From an uncultured Gammaproteobacteria bacterium (GTDB lineage Bacteria; Patescibacteriota; Patescibacteriia; UBA2591; UBA6264), in the NCBI GenBank assembly GCA_964596735.1, contig CAZQVF010000001.1:9924-73923 (forward strand): 64,000 nt of DNA, written 5' to 3'. Shown here one piece after another: positions 18,559 through 28,140 of the stretch; position 1 is the first letter of the stretch, and the number at the start of each line of letters is the position of its first letter. The notes under the pieces are model-generated. The model was not told where the DNA came from. It saw nothing but the letters and a program-made list of their open reading frames with translations, and made no database searches. Made by a program: the position numbers and the translations under genes.

Positions 18559-18577
18559 ATACCTATGGTCGGGGTAT
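18559..18577 (+). promoter_or_regulatory. Candidate CsoR operator (ATACC-N7-GGGGTAT pseudo-palindrome) overlapping a TATATAAT -10 element
   Basis: ATACCTATGGTCGGGGTAT lies 25 nt upstream of csoR. It resembles the GC-rich ATACC...GGGGGTAT operators bound by CsoR at copZA promoters. TATATAAT at 18576-18583 overlaps it. Confidence 0.5.
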
Positions 18578-18601
18578 ATATAATTTATTTATTTTAAAAA
18601 T

Positions 18602-18874
18602 ATGATTACTCAAAAACAAAAAACACTTATTAATTTTAAAAAAGCGCAAAGCCTAATGGTAAAAATTATTAAGATGACAGAAGACAATGAATATTGTATT
18701 GATATTATGCAGCAAAACTTGGCCGTGATAGGACTTTTAAAATCAGCCCATCAGATGTTAATGGAGGGACATTTAAATACTTGTTTTAAAAGAGCAATGG
18801 GAACAAAGAATGAGAAACGAAAAAAAGAAATGATTCAAGAGATTTTAAAAGTTACTAAATTATCTAATAAATAA
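18602..18874 (+). CDS. csoR: CsoR/RcnR-family (DUF156) metal-sensing transcriptional repressor
   Basis: A 90-aa protein. LMVKIIKMTEDNEYCIDIMQQNLAVIGLLKSAHQMLMEGHLNTCF matches the CsoR W-X-Y-Z fingerprint (Cys...His...Cys). It is the first gene of a copper operon ending in copA. Confidence 0.8.
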   Translation: MITQKQKTLINFKKAQSLMVKIIKMTEDNEYCIDIMQQNLAVIGLLKSAHQMLMEGHLNTCFKRAMGTKNEKRKKEMIQEILKVTKLSNK

Positions 18875-18877
18875 ATT

Positions 18878-19663
18878 ATGTTTAAAAAATATTTACCATT
18901 TATTATTATTGGTCTTGTTATAGTGATTGGTGGAGGAATAACATTTGGCCAAGGAGGGGTTGAAAAGAGTCAGGAGAATAACACTGAAGCTCAGTGTGAA
19001 ATCAATGAGATGGTTTTTTATTATCTTGATTCTTGTAGCTGGTGCCAAAAAGTTAAAAGCGAAAAAACTATTTCAAAATTAGAATCCTTGGGTGTGAGAG
19101 TCGAACAGATTAGAGCAAACGTTGGTCCGGTTCGTCATCAATTTCAAGGAGTGCCAACTTTTGTTATCAATGAAAATGTATATAGCGGTTACAAAACATT
19201 TGAGGAATTAAAAGAATTGTTAAAATGTTCAGAAGATAACCAAGTCTTGTCTCAACTTGAATCTCCCAAGTTTGAATTTATTGGAGAGAACGGAGAAAAT
19301 GTTTCTTTAATAAATAGACAGATAAGTTTAACGGCTAATATTCTTGATGATAATTTGGCTCATTATTACAACACAGAACTTCCCAGTGGAAAAACAGTCT
19401 ACTTTTTTGTGGTTAAAGACAAAAACGGTATTTATCGAGCGGCTGCCAATGCCTGCCAGGTTTGTTTTGATTCAAGGATGGGCTTTCGTCAACAGGGTGA
19501 TTTTATGGTCTGTAACACCTGTGGAAATAAATATCCTTTGGAAAAGATTGCCACAGAAAAAGGCGGATGTAATCCAGGCCCAATTAACCCAGATCTAAAA
19601 GTTAAAGATGGAAAGATAACCATTAAACAGGCAGAACTGGAGGAAATCGCCGAACTCTTCTAA
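18878..19663 (+). CDS. Membrane-anchored thioredoxin/glutaredoxin-fold protein with a C-terminal double-CxxC (zinc-ribbon-like) domain
   Basis: An N-terminal TM, then CSWC ... GVPTFVIN (a Trx-fold cis-Pro loop), then CQVCFDS...CNTCGNKYP...GGCNPGP. The gene is 4 nt downstream of csoR. Confidence 0.55.
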   Translation: MFKKYLPFIIIGLVIVIGGGITFGQGGVEKSQENNTEAQCEINEMVFYYLDSCSWCQKVKSEKTISKLESLGVRVEQIRANVGPVRHQFQGVPTFVINENVYSGYKTFEELKELLKCSEDNQVLSQLESPKFEFIGENGENVSLINRQISLTANILDDNLAHYYNTELPSGKTVYFFVVKDKNGIYRAAANACQVCFDSRMGFRQQGDFMVCNTCGNKYPLEKIATEKGGCNPGPINPDLKVKDGKITIKQAELEEIAELF

Positions 19664-19667
19664 ATAT

Positions 19668-20048
19668 ATGAAAAAACTTGTTATAATTTTTCTTATACTT
19701 TTAATCAGCGGCTTTATTGGATATTTAATTTTTAATATTCAAAATCCAAGCTTTGAAAAATTAAGTCTAATAGAGAAGTATGAAAAAGTTATTAGTCAAA
19801 GAAACCAGGCGATTGCTCAGGCAGTAAAGGCAGGAGTATATAAGTGTTGTATAAATCCCCCCTGCACCATGTGTTATTCAGAAGCTAATCAATGGAATAA
19901 CCATAAGGCAGGTACCTGCGCTTGTGATGATTTGATTGCTCAAGGGAAAGAACCATGTCCTCAATGCAAAAGAGGTTTGATTAGAGATACAGGTTCTTCT
20001 TGTGAAATTATTAGTGGAACCTGTGAACCAGAAATTAACAACCAATAA
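19668..20048 (+). CDS. Small membrane-anchored cysteine-rich protein (12 Cys in about 90 residues), putative metal-binding
   Basis: An N-terminal TM followed by YKCCINPPCTMCYSEANQWNNHKAGTCACDDLIAQGKEPCPQCKRG...SSCEIISGTCEP. It lies inside the CsoR-CopA operon. Confidence 0.5.
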   Translation: MKKLVIIFLILLISGFIGYLIFNIQNPSFEKLSLIEKYEKVISQRNQAIAQAVKAGVYKCCINPPCTMCYSEANQWNNHKAGTCACDDLIAQGKEPCPQCKRGLIRDTGSSCEIISGTCEPEINNQ

Positions 20049-20056
20049 ATAACAAT

Positions 20057-20392
20057 ATGAAATTAATAACTAAAATATTTTTAATGTCTTTCTTTGTTTT
20101 TTATCCCGGATTATTATTAGCTCATGGCGGGACTGAAGTTGCCCACCACCATATGATGGGAGCAATGTTTGGTTCAGGTGGTTATGGTTTTTTTGGCATG
20201 GGGTGGATAATGATAATATTCTGGTTGGTGGTTATAACGGGAGTGATTGGGTTGATTAAGTGGGTTTTTGCTGAAAAAAGACCTGAAATTAAAGGTGAAT
20301 CAGCCCTGGATATTTTAAAAGAACGTTATGCCAAAGGAGAGATAAATGAAGACGAATATAAGCAGAAGAAAAAAGATTTAATTAATAGTTAA
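20057..20392 (+). CDS. His/Met-rich membrane protein with a C-terminal SHOCT domain, putative Cu-binding
   Basis: A signal/TM, then HGGTEVAHHHMMGAMFGSGG (a His/Met cluster), a second TM, and a C-terminal LKERYAKGEINEDEYKQKKKDL (SHOCT-like). Confidence 0.5.
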   Translation: MKLITKIFLMSFFVFYPGLLLAHGGTEVAHHHMMGAMFGSGGYGFFGMGWIMIIFWLVVITGVIGLIKWVFAEKRPEIKGESALDILKERYAKGEINEDEYKQKKKDLINS

Positions 20393-20416
20393 ACATAAAA
20401 TTAAAAAAGTTAAATT

Positions 20417-21142
20417 ATGTCAAATAAAGAAAATTATCAAAAAAATAAGGGATCAAAAAATGATTTTATTTTAGGTATAACCACAGCCATTGCTGTCATT
20501 GCCATTATTGGTTTTTTTATTGTCTTGTCCCTGTATTTAAATCAAGACAAGAAAGTATTGGCAGAAGCATTACCAGCTGCTCCCAGTAAACCAGAAGTTG
20601 AAAAACAGGTCCTGCCAGCTAAGTTAGAAGTTCAATTAAGCAGAGATGATCATTTTAGAGGTGACCCCAATGCCTTAGTGACTGTTGTGGAATTTTCTGA
20701 TTTTCAATGTCCTTATTGTTCAAGTTTTCATCAGACCATGTTAAAAATAACCCAAGATTTTCCAAAAGAGGTAAAATGGGTTTATAAACATTTTCCCCTA
20801 GATTCTATTCATCCGTTTGCCAGAAAAGCAGCTGAGGCTTCAGAATGCGCGGCTGATCAAAACAAATTTTGGGAATACACTGACGAGTTATTTGTTAAGC
20901 AGAGAGAAATCAGCCCCGCCCTTTTTACAGAAATAGCCGGGACAACAGGGTTAGACAGGAATCAATTTAATAGTTGTTTGGAGTCGGGTAAATATGCTTC
21001 AAGGGTAGAGGCAGATTATCAACAGGGCATAAAAGCAGGGGTGCGGGGAACACCAGGTAGTTTTGTGAATGGACAATCCTTAGCCGGGGCTGTTCCTTAT
21101 AATGAAATGAAATCTATGATTAATGAATTACTAAATGAGTAA
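20417..21142 (+). CDS. DsbA/BdbD-family thiol:disulfide oxidoreductase (membrane-anchored)
   Basis: An N-terminal TM, FSDFQCPYCSSFH (CPYC active site), and GVRGTPGSFVNGQ (cis-Pro loop). Confidence 0.8.
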   Translation: MSNKENYQKNKGSKNDFILGITTAIAVIAIIGFFIVLSLYLNQDKKVLAEALPAAPSKPEVEKQVLPAKLEVQLSRDDHFRGDPNALVTVVEFSDFQCPYCSSFHQTMLKITQDFPKEVKWVYKHFPLDSIHPFARKAAEASECAADQNKFWEYTDELFVKQREISPALFTEIAGTTGLDRNQFNSCLESGKYASRVEADYQQGIKAGVRGTPGSFVNGQSLAGAVPYNEMKSMINELLNE

Positions 21143-21386
21143 AAAAATAAGGACAGTTTTTTTATCTATCCTCTCTTTTTTATCAGGAGGCTTAGGGATT
21201 GTTGGTCTTTCTGGCTGGTGTTGTACTTTAACCGGAGCCGCTATTCTGTCTTTATTGGGATTGGCTTCATTTAGTGTTTTTCTCGTGTCTTATAATAAGT
21301 TATTGTTACTTATCTCAATAATTTTTTTAATCCTGGCGATCATGTCCTTTGTTAAACATAAAAAAGCAAAAAGTTGCTTAAAATAA
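21135..21386 (+). CDS. Small two-TM membrane protein with a vicinal Cys pair (GWCC)
   Basis: An 83-aa protein in the operon, overlapping the dsbA-like stop by 8 nt. It has two hydrophobic helices and a CC pair within a Gly-rich turn. Confidence 0.4.
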   Translation: MSKKIRTVFLSILSFLSGGLGIVGLSGWCCTLTGAAILSLLGLASFSVFLVSYNKLLLLISIIFLILAIMSFVKHKKAKSCLK

Positions 21387-21389
21387 ACT

Positions 21390-22883
21390 ATGCTCAAAAA
21401 AATAGAAATTCAAATTAAAGGAATTCATTGCAAAAGCTGTAAAACCTTAATTGAAACAGAAGTAGATGTTTTACCTGGAGTTAAAGATGTTGATGTTAAT
21501 CATCAGACTGGGGAATGCCAGATAATTTTTGACGATCAAAAGGTTTCTCAAAGTAAGATTTTCAAGACCATTGAAAAATTAAATTATCAGGTTAAAGATT
21601 CATCAACAAAAGAAAAGAAAAAACAAAAACAAGTTTCTAAAAAATTTATCATCGCCGGAATTTTATTAGCGGTTTTTGTCCTTGGTTATTTTCTTATTAA
21701 ACACCTGGGCCTTTTAGAAACCCTTTCTAGACTTAATGACCAGAAAATAAGTTATTGGTTAATCTTTCTAATCGGTGTTTTAGTCAGCTTTCATTGCATA
21801 GGAATGTGCGGGGGGTTAGTGGTCGCTTATACAAGCCGGCACCAGATTAAAGAGGAAAAGAAGACTAATCTTTCTTTGCCTCATTTACAGTATAATGTAG
21901 GGAGAATGATTTCTTATACAGTGGTTGGCGGGATTTTAGGTGGTTTTGGTTCTTTTTTTGGTATAAACCCGACCTTTACCGGATCTATTATTTTAGTAGC
22001 TGGTGTTTTTATGGTTTTAATGGGACTATCTTTAATGACTAATTTTAAATGGCTAGAGAAGATTAAATTAAGAACCCCATTTTTTATTGCCAAATTTCTT
22101 TATAAACAACGTCATACGCGCAAACCAAAGGGGCCATTTATTATTGGTTTGCTCAATGGTTTTATGCCCTGTGGGCCCTTGCAAGCAATGCAGATTTATG
22201 CCCTGGCTTCAGGCAGCATTACCCAGGGGGCCTTATCAATGGGCGTTTATGGCTTAGGCACGGTTCCTTTAATGTTTGGTTTTGGTAGTTTTATTTCCTT
22301 GATTAGCCAGGATAAAATTAAACAAGTAATGAAGTTTTCTGGCTTAGTGGTTATTGTTTTAGGTCTAATAATGTTTAATCGAGGGTTGGTAAACTTTGGT
22401 TATGGTTTTCGTAGTTTTATTCCGCGAGAAGCAACCAGTCAGACAGAGTATTTAGTTACTGGTGATGTTGAAGAATATCAGGTAGCAAGAATGGATTTAA
22501 CTTATCGCGGTTATTCTCCTAATGTTATTTTTGTTAAAAAAGATATTCCGGTACGATGGATTATTAATGTTAAACAGATGTCTGGCTGTACAGATGAAAT
22601 TATCATGCCTGAGCATAACATTAAAAAGCCTCTGGAATATGGTGAAAATATTATTGAATTTGTGCCTAAAAAATTGGGGAATCTTAAATTTAGTTGTTGG
22701 ATGCAAATGGTTTGGGGAAAGTTTGTGGTTGTTGAAAAAGATAAACAGCCAACTTCACAAGATTTATATAAAGAGTCCCTTGACTTGCCTCAGGGCGGCA
22801 CTTGTGATGGCGGAGGAACATGTGGCGGTACTTGCGGGGTGCCTACCTGCGGATGCAGTAGCCGTATCAGAGGGTCTCGATAA
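21390..22883 (+). CDS. HMA (heavy-metal-associated) domain fused to a DsbD/CcdA- or TauE-like polytopic permease, a cupredoxin-like domain and a Gly/Cys-rich tail
   Basis: The N-terminus IKGIHCKSCKTLIE is an HMA fold with CxxC. The membrane core carries the paired motifs FHCIGMCGG and FMPCGPLQAM. A beta-rich C-domain (SGCTDEIIMPEH...FSCWMQMVWGKFVV) follows. The tail is GGTCDGGGTCGGTCGVPTCGCSS. Confidence 0.65.
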   Translation: MLKKIEIQIKGIHCKSCKTLIETEVDVLPGVKDVDVNHQTGECQIIFDDQKVSQSKIFKTIEKLNYQVKDSSTKEKKKQKQVSKKFIIAGILLAVFVLGYFLIKHLGLLETLSRLNDQKISYWLIFLIGVLVSFHCIGMCGGLVVAYTSRHQIKEEKKTNLSLPHLQYNVGRMISYTVVGGILGGFGSFFGINPTFTGSIILVAGVFMVLMGLSLMTNFKWLEKIKLRTPFFIAKFLYKQRHTRKPKGPFIIGLLNGFMPCGPLQAMQIYALASGSITQGALSMGVYGLGTVPLMFGFGSFISLISQDKIKQVMKFSGLVVIVLGLIMFNRGLVNFGYGFRSFIPREATSQTEYLVTGDVEEYQVARMDLTYRGYSPNVIFVKKDIPVRWIINVKQMSGCTDEIIMPEHNIKKPLEYGENIIEFVPKKLGNLKFSCWMQMVWGKFVVVEKDKQPTSQDLYKESLDLPQGGTCDGGGTCGGTCGVPTCGCSSRIRGSR

Positions 22884-22895
22884 TTAATTATAAAT

Positions 22896-23984
22896 ATGTC
22901 TGAATCTAAACAAAAACAGGTTGTTGTTGGTATGTCTGGGGGCATTGATTCTTCCATGGCCCTGGTTTTACTTAAAAAACAAGGGTGGCAGCCAATAGGT
23001 GTTTCTTTAAAATATGCGGTTTGGCAAGATAAAAAAAATCTATTACGAGAAAACGTTTGTTGCAGTACTCAGTCTTTTAAAATCGCCAGAGACATTTGTC
23101 AAAAACTAAAGGTTCCTTATTATATCTCAGACGTATCAACAGAGTTTAAAAAGCAGGTAATTGATTATTTTATTAGAGAATTAAAAAACAAAAAAACACC
23201 TAATCCCTGTATTATTTGTAATCGTTACCTTAAGTTTAAAAAACTTTTTGAATGGGCTAAAGAACATAACATTCAATATGTGGCCACAGGACATTATGCT
23301 CGTTTAAGAAAAAATCCTCAGACTCAAAAATATGAACTCTTAAGAGCTAAGGATAAAGAAAAAGACCAAACCTATTCTTTGTCTTTTTTACCTCAAAAAT
23401 GGCTTAAAAATATTGTTTTTCCCTTGGGTGATTTTCTCAAGCCAGAAATTTATAAAATAGCTAAGAAATATGATTTTGACGTTTTTCTTAAACAAAAAGA
23501 AAGTCAGGATTTTTGTTTTGTCGCCGGCAAGTCAATGAAATGTTTTTTAGAAAAAGAAATAGGAACAAAAGCAGGTTTGATTAAAGATAAAAAGGGAAAT
23601 ATTTTAGGCAAACACCAGGGACTTCATTTTTATACTATTGGCCAGAGAAAAGGAATTAATTTGCCAAAGGGACCATATTTTGTCGCAGAAATGGATAAGA
23701 AGGATAATATTTTAATAGTGACAAGAGATAATAATAAACTTTGCCAAAAACAGGTATTTGTTTCCCCTTGTCATTTTATTTCTGGAACATCTCCTCAAGG
23801 AAAAATTCAGGTTCAAGCAAAAATCCGTTATCGTCAAGAATTAAGCCGGGCGACTCTTTTTCCTATTTCAAAAACTAAAATAAAATTAGTATTTAATAAA
23901 CCACAGAGAGCAATTACTCCTGGGCAATTTGCTGTCTTTTATCAAAAAGATGTTTGTTTGGGAGGAGGAAGAATCATTTTATGA
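22896..23984 (+). CDS. mnmA: tRNA-specific 2-thiouridylase MnmA
   Basis: PP-loop [12 protein letters not shown], catalytic cysteines and a C-terminal beta-barrel. It is 362 aa. Confidence 0.9.
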   Translation: MSESKQKQVVVGMSGGIDSSMALVLLKKQGWQPIGVSLKYAVWQDKKNLLRENVCCSTQSFKIARDICQKLKVPYYISDVSTEFKKQVIDYFIRELKNKKTPNPCIICNRYLKFKKLFEWAKEHNIQYVATGHYARLRKNPQTQKYELLRAKDKEKDQTYSLSFLPQKWLKNIVFPLGDFLKPEIYKIAKKYDFDVFLKQKESQDFCFVAGKSMKCFLEKEIGTKAGLIKDKKGNILGKHQGLHFYTIGQRKGINLPKGPYFVAEMDKKDNILIVTRDNNKLCQKQVFVSPCHFISGTSPQGKIQVQAKIRYRQELSRATLFPISKTKIKLVFNKPQRAITPGQFAVFYQKDVCLGGGRIIL

Positions 23985-26206
23985 AAACAAAAACTATTTT
24001 AAAAATTAAAGGAATGCATTGTGCTAGTTGTTCAGCTAGCATTGAGAGAGCATTAAAAAAACAATCAGGCATTGTTTCAATTGGTGTTAATCTTGCTACA
24101 GAAAAAGCAAACCTGGAGTTTGATCCAGAGAAAACAAATTTAAACAAAATTCAAAAGATAATAAAAAAAATGGGCTATCAAGCTGAGGAAGGGCATTTTT
24201 TAGAAAAGATAAAAGATGAAGAAGCAGGAAAAATTAAAAAATTAAGAAATACATTTTTATTTTCTTTGATTTTAGGACTACCTCTTTTCTATTTAGTCAT
24301 GGGAAAAATGATTGGCCTGCCCGTACCTAATTTACCATTGCGTTTAAATCTGATTATTCAACTGGTTTTGACTACGGCAATTATGGCTTTAAACTCACAC
24401 ATATATATTTCTGGTTTTAAGAAATTAATTCAGCGAAATCCCAATATGGACTCTTTAATAGAGACAGGGACCTTGGCCGCTTATTTTTATAGCTTAGTTA
24501 TATTTATTAGTATTTGGCGACAACCAAGCCTTTCTCAAGAAGTCCATGTTTATTTTGAGAGTGCGGCTTTTATTCTGGTTTTTATTTCTCTGGGAAAATA
24601 TTTAGAAGCTTTAACCAAGGGAAAAACAAGCCAGGCAATTAAAAAGTTGATTGGCTTACAACCCAAGCAGGCAACAATAATAAAAGATGGCGAGGAAATA
24701 CAAGTCCCTATTCCAGAGGTCAAAGTCAATGATATTGTTTTGGTTAAACCAGGGGAAAAAATTCCAGTTGATGGTTTAGTGGTAAATGGTTATTCCGGGG
24801 TTGATGAAAAAGCAATTACTGGAGAAAGTATTCCTGTTGAAAAAAATGTTGATGATAAAGTAATTGGAGCAACCATTAACAAGACAGGCGTTTTGCAGAT
24901 TAAAGCAAAACATGTTGGCGAAGAAACGATGCTGGCTCAGATTATCAAAATTGTTGAAGAGGCAATGGGATCTAAAGCACCAATCCAGGTTTTAGCTGAC
25001 AAGGTTTCTTTTTATTTTGTTCCAGCAGTAATTGGTCTGGCCATTTTAGCGTTTTTTGTTTGGATTCTTTTGGGTCAAGCTTTTGTTTTTGCTTTAACGG
25101 TTTTTGTGGCTGTTTTAATTATTGCCTGTCCTTGTTCTTTGGGCTTGGCTACTCCGACCGCAGTGATGATGGGAACAGGTTTGGCGGCCAAACAAGGCAT
25201 TTTAATTAAAAGCAGTCAGGCTTTAGAAATGGCGCAAAAAATAAGCATGATTGTTTTTGACAAGACTGGAACCTTAACAAAGGGCGAACCGGTTGTCACT
25301 GATATTATTGAGATTAATAATAAAAAGGAGCAGATTTTACAAATGGCCGGTTCTCTTGAAAAAAACTCAGAACATCCTTTGGCCCAGGCAATGGTGCAAA
25401 TGGCTAAAAAACAAGAAATTAAATTATTTGAAGTTCAGAAATTTGAGGCCATTCCAGGACAAGGAGTAGAGGCTTATTTAGATAAACAAAAAATATTTTT
25501 AGGAACTAAAAAGTTAATAAAGAATCATCAAATCAAAACAGATTTTATTAAAGAACAAATGGCCGGCCTGGAAAAACAAGGGAAAACAGTCATGATCTTA
25601 GGAAGGGATCAAGAGGTTATGGGCATTATTGCCGTGGCCGATACTTTAAAAGAATATTCAAAACAAGCCATTAAAATTTTGCATAAATTAGGCAAAAAAA
25701 CAGCCATGATTACTGGTGATAATGAAAGAACAGCCAGAGCAATAGCTGAACAATTAGGCATTGATTATGTTTTAGCTGGTGTTTTACCTCAAGAAAAAGC
25801 AAAAGAAATTAAAAGATTACAAGATCAAGGAGAAAAAGTAGCCATGGTCGGAGACGGCATTAATGATGCTCCAGCCTTGGCCCAGGCTGATTTAGGCATT
25901 GCTTTGGGCTCAGGGACTGATGTGGCCATGGAAACAGGGGAAATTGTTTTAATCAAAGATGATTTGCGAGATGTGGTTAGAGCAATTGACTTAAGCAAAT
26001 ATACTTTAAGAAAAATTAGACAAAATCTTTTTTGGGCCTTTTTTTACAATAGCGTCGGCATTCCTATTGCCGCTGGCGTGCTTTATCCTTTTACTGGCTG
26101 GCTTTTAAGTCCGATTTTTGCTGCAGCCGCCATGGCTTTTTCTTCTGTCAGTGTTGTTTCCAATGCCCTTTTAATGAGATTGTACAAACCAAGAACAATT
26201 AAGTAA
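23981..26206 (+). CDS. copA: Copper-translocating P1B-type ATPase CopA
   Basis: The start is the ATG at 23981 (ATGA overlap with the mnmA stop), preceded by GGAGGAGG. It has [15 protein letters not shown], the transmembrane metal site CPC, phosphorylation site DKTGTLT and hinge GDGINDAP. Confidence 0.93.
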   Translation: MKTKTILKIKGMHCASCSASIERALKKQSGIVSIGVNLATEKANLEFDPEKTNLNKIQKIIKKMGYQAEEGHFLEKIKDEEAGKIKKLRNTFLFSLILGLPLFYLVMGKMIGLPVPNLPLRLNLIIQLVLTTAIMALNSHIYISGFKKLIQRNPNMDSLIETGTLAAYFYSLVIFISIWRQPSLSQEVHVYFESAAFILVFISLGKYLEALTKGKTSQAIKKLIGLQPKQATIIKDGEEIQVPIPEVKVNDIVLVKPGEKIPVDGLVVNGYSGVDEKAITGESIPVEKNVDDKVIGATINKTGVLQIKAKHVGEETMLAQIIKIVEEAMGSKAPIQVLADKVSFYFVPAVIGLAILAFFVWILLGQAFVFALTVFVAVLIIACPCSLGLATPTAVMMGTGLAAKQGILIKSSQALEMAQKISMIVFDKTGTLTKGEPVVTDIIEINNKKEQILQMAGSLEKNSEHPLAQAMVQMAKKQEIKLFEVQKFEAIPGQGVEAYLDKQKIFLGTKKLIKNHQIKTDFIKEQMAGLEKQGKTVMILGRDQEVMGIIAVADTLKEYSKQAIKILHKLGKKTAMITGDNERTARAIAEQLGIDYVLAGVLPQEKAKEIKRLQDQGEKVAMVGDGINDAPALAQADLGIALGSGTDVAMETGEIVLIKDDLRDVVRAIDLSKYTLRKIRQNLFWAFFYNSVGIPIAAGVLYPFTGWLLSPIFAAAAMAFSSVSVVSNALLMRLYKPRTIK

Positions 26207-26225
26207 ATATTCTATATCCATATAT

Positions 26226-26251
26226 AAAAATCCCTGAACAAGGGATTTTTT
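26226..26251. terminator. Bidirectional rho-independent terminator
   Basis: AAAAATCCCT-GAACA-AGGGATTTTTT: a perfect hairpin flanked by an A-tract and a T-tract, between the copA 3' end and the tRNA-Pro 3' end. Confidence 0.7.
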
Positions 26252-26254
26252 ATT

Positions 26255-26330
26255 TGGTCGGGGTGAGAGGAATTGCACCTCCGATCTCTGTCTCCCGAAG
26301 ACAGCGCCTTAGCTGCTAGGCTACACCCCG
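26255..26330 (-). tRNA. tRNA-Pro (anticodon CGG)
   Basis: Reverse-complement fold: acceptor CGGGGUG/CACCCCG, D-arm GCCU/AGGC, anticodon stem CUGUC/GACAG with loop UUCGGGA, T-arm GGAGG/CCUCU, discriminator A, encoded CCA. It is 76 nt. Confidence 0.85.
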
Positions 26331-26436
26331 TTTTGATTATTTTAGAGAAAAAATAATAGATTGGCAAGATAAATTTCTTGAAAGTTTTTAAAAAATATGT
26401 TAAGTTTAAACACTAAACAATTGCTTAATTTTAACC

Positions 26437-27597
26437 ATGTTCCGACTTTTTCATTTAACCTATTCTTTTACTCTTTCTCGTGATTTTAAGATTCTTTGTT
26501 TTTATCAAACAATGATTGCTTTGGCCAATGGCATGATGGGTTTGTTTTTACCCATTTTTTTATTTCAGCAGTTTAATTCTTCAATTTATTGGGTAATCAT
26601 TTTTTATTTAATTGGCCATCTTCTTTACGCTCTTTTAGTTCCTTTTGGAGCAATGATGATGAATAAGATTGGATTAAGAAGGTCAATGCTTATTGGCCGG
26701 AGTATGTGTATTCCTTTTTATGTTTTTCTTTATTTTTTTCATAATGATCCTTTGCTTTTTGCTATCTTAGCCAATGTTGTTTTATTGTTTTTCCGTTTAT
26801 TGTATTGGGTTCCCTACCATGTTGATTTTGTCCGTTTTACAGATGGTAAACACCGGGGGAGACAAATGTCCTATTTAGCCGTCTTGGGTTATTTGGTTAG
26901 TATTGGTGGGCCATTATTGGCAGGAATGTTGTTAACTCAATTCAGTTTTAATCCTTTATTTATTATTGTGATTATTATTAATGTTTTTGCTCTTATTCCT
27001 TTGGGGAAATTAAGTGAACCTAGGGCCAAATTTGAATTTTCTTATAAACAAACATTTAAAGAATTATTTAAAGAAGGCAATCGCCGTTTAAATGTGGCTT
27101 GTTTTTCTGATGGGGCCCAGACCATGGTCGGAGTAATGATTTGGCCCATTTTTATTTATCAGATTTTAAAACATGAATATATGGCTGTGGGCGCCGTAAC
27201 CGCCTTAATTATTATCGGGACTATTCTTTTTCAGTTATTAATAGGAAAATATACTGATGAATATCCCAAAAGAAAATTAATGCATATTGGTTCTTCATTT
27301 TATGCCTTGGGCTGGCTGGCCAAGGCTTTTGTGGCCACGGCTTTTCAGGTCTTTGTCGCTGGTGCTTTTCATAGTTTAATGGCCATTATCTTGCGCACTC
27401 CTTTTGATGCCCTGCGTTATGAACAAATTGGCAATACTGGTTCATATGTTGATGAATACACTGTTTTAAGGGAGATGAGCATAAACATGGGCTGGGTTTT
27501 AATGGGCGTTTTGCTAATGATTTTAATTGGATTAGTTGGTTTGCAAATAGCTTTTTTAATTGCCGCTGCCTTTAGTTTATTGGTTAATCTATTATGA
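26437..27597 (+). CDS. Polytopic membrane transporter, probably MFS-type
   Basis: About 12 predicted TM helices over 386 aa. No soluble-domain motifs are present. The call rests on topology only. Confidence 0.5.
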   Translation: MFRLFHLTYSFTLSRDFKILCFYQTMIALANGMMGLFLPIFLFQQFNSSIYWVIIFYLIGHLLYALLVPFGAMMMNKIGLRRSMLIGRSMCIPFYVFLYFFHNDPLLFAILANVVLLFFRLLYWVPYHVDFVRFTDGKHRGRQMSYLAVLGYLVSIGGPLLAGMLLTQFSFNPLFIIVIIINVFALIPLGKLSEPRAKFEFSYKQTFKELFKEGNRRLNVACFSDGAQTMVGVMIWPIFIYQILKHEYMAVGAVTALIIIGTILFQLLIGKYTDEYPKRKLMHIGSSFYALGWLAKAFVATAFQVFVAGAFHSLMAIILRTPFDALRYEQIGNTGSYVDEYTVLREMSINMGWVLMGVLLMILIGLVGLQIAFLIAAAFSLLVNLL

Positions 27598-28127
27598 AAA
27601 GTCTGCTCTTGCATATTTGTTGTGCCTGTTGTGCCACTATTCCCATTGAATTACTGCAAGATCAATTTAAAATAAAACTACTTTGGTATAATCCAAACAT
27701 TTATCCTAAAAAAGAATATAAAAAGAGGTTAAAGCAAGTAAAGAAATTAAAAAAAATATACAAGTTAAGTCTTGTTAAGGCCCCTTATCATTTAAAAGAC
27801 TGGCTGGCTTTGACCAAGGGGTTAGAACAAGAACCAGAAGGAGGAAAAAGATGTGATGTTTGTTTTCAGATGCGATTACAAAAAACAGCGGAGATAGGGC
27901 TTAAAAAAAGCTTTGACTATTTTGCCACTACCTTAACAATTGGTCCGCAGAAAAAAGCAGAAAGGGTTAATCAGATAGGTGAAGACTTGGCAAAAAAGTA
28001 TGACATTAAGTTTTATTCAGCTGATTTTAAAAAGAAAGACGGATTTAAAAAAAGCCTTGATTTGAGCAAAAAATATAATTTTTACCGGCAGAATTATTGC
28101 GGATGTATTTATTCAATAATTAATTAA
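27594..28127 (+). CDS. queH: Epoxyqueuosine reductase QueH (DUF208)
   Basis: The N-terminus LLLHICCACCATIP and C-terminus YRQNYCGCIYS match the QueH Cys-ligand pattern. It is 177 aa. Confidence 0.8.
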   Translation: MKSLLLHICCACCATIPIELLQDQFKIKLLWYNPNIYPKKEYKKRLKQVKKLKKIYKLSLVKAPYHLKDWLALTKGLEQEPEGGKRCDVCFQMRLQKTAEIGLKKSFDYFATTLTIGPQKKAERVNQIGEDLAKKYDIKFYSADFKKKDGFKKSLDLSKKYNFYRQNYCGCIYSIIN

Positions 28128-28140
28128 AAAATATTTATAC

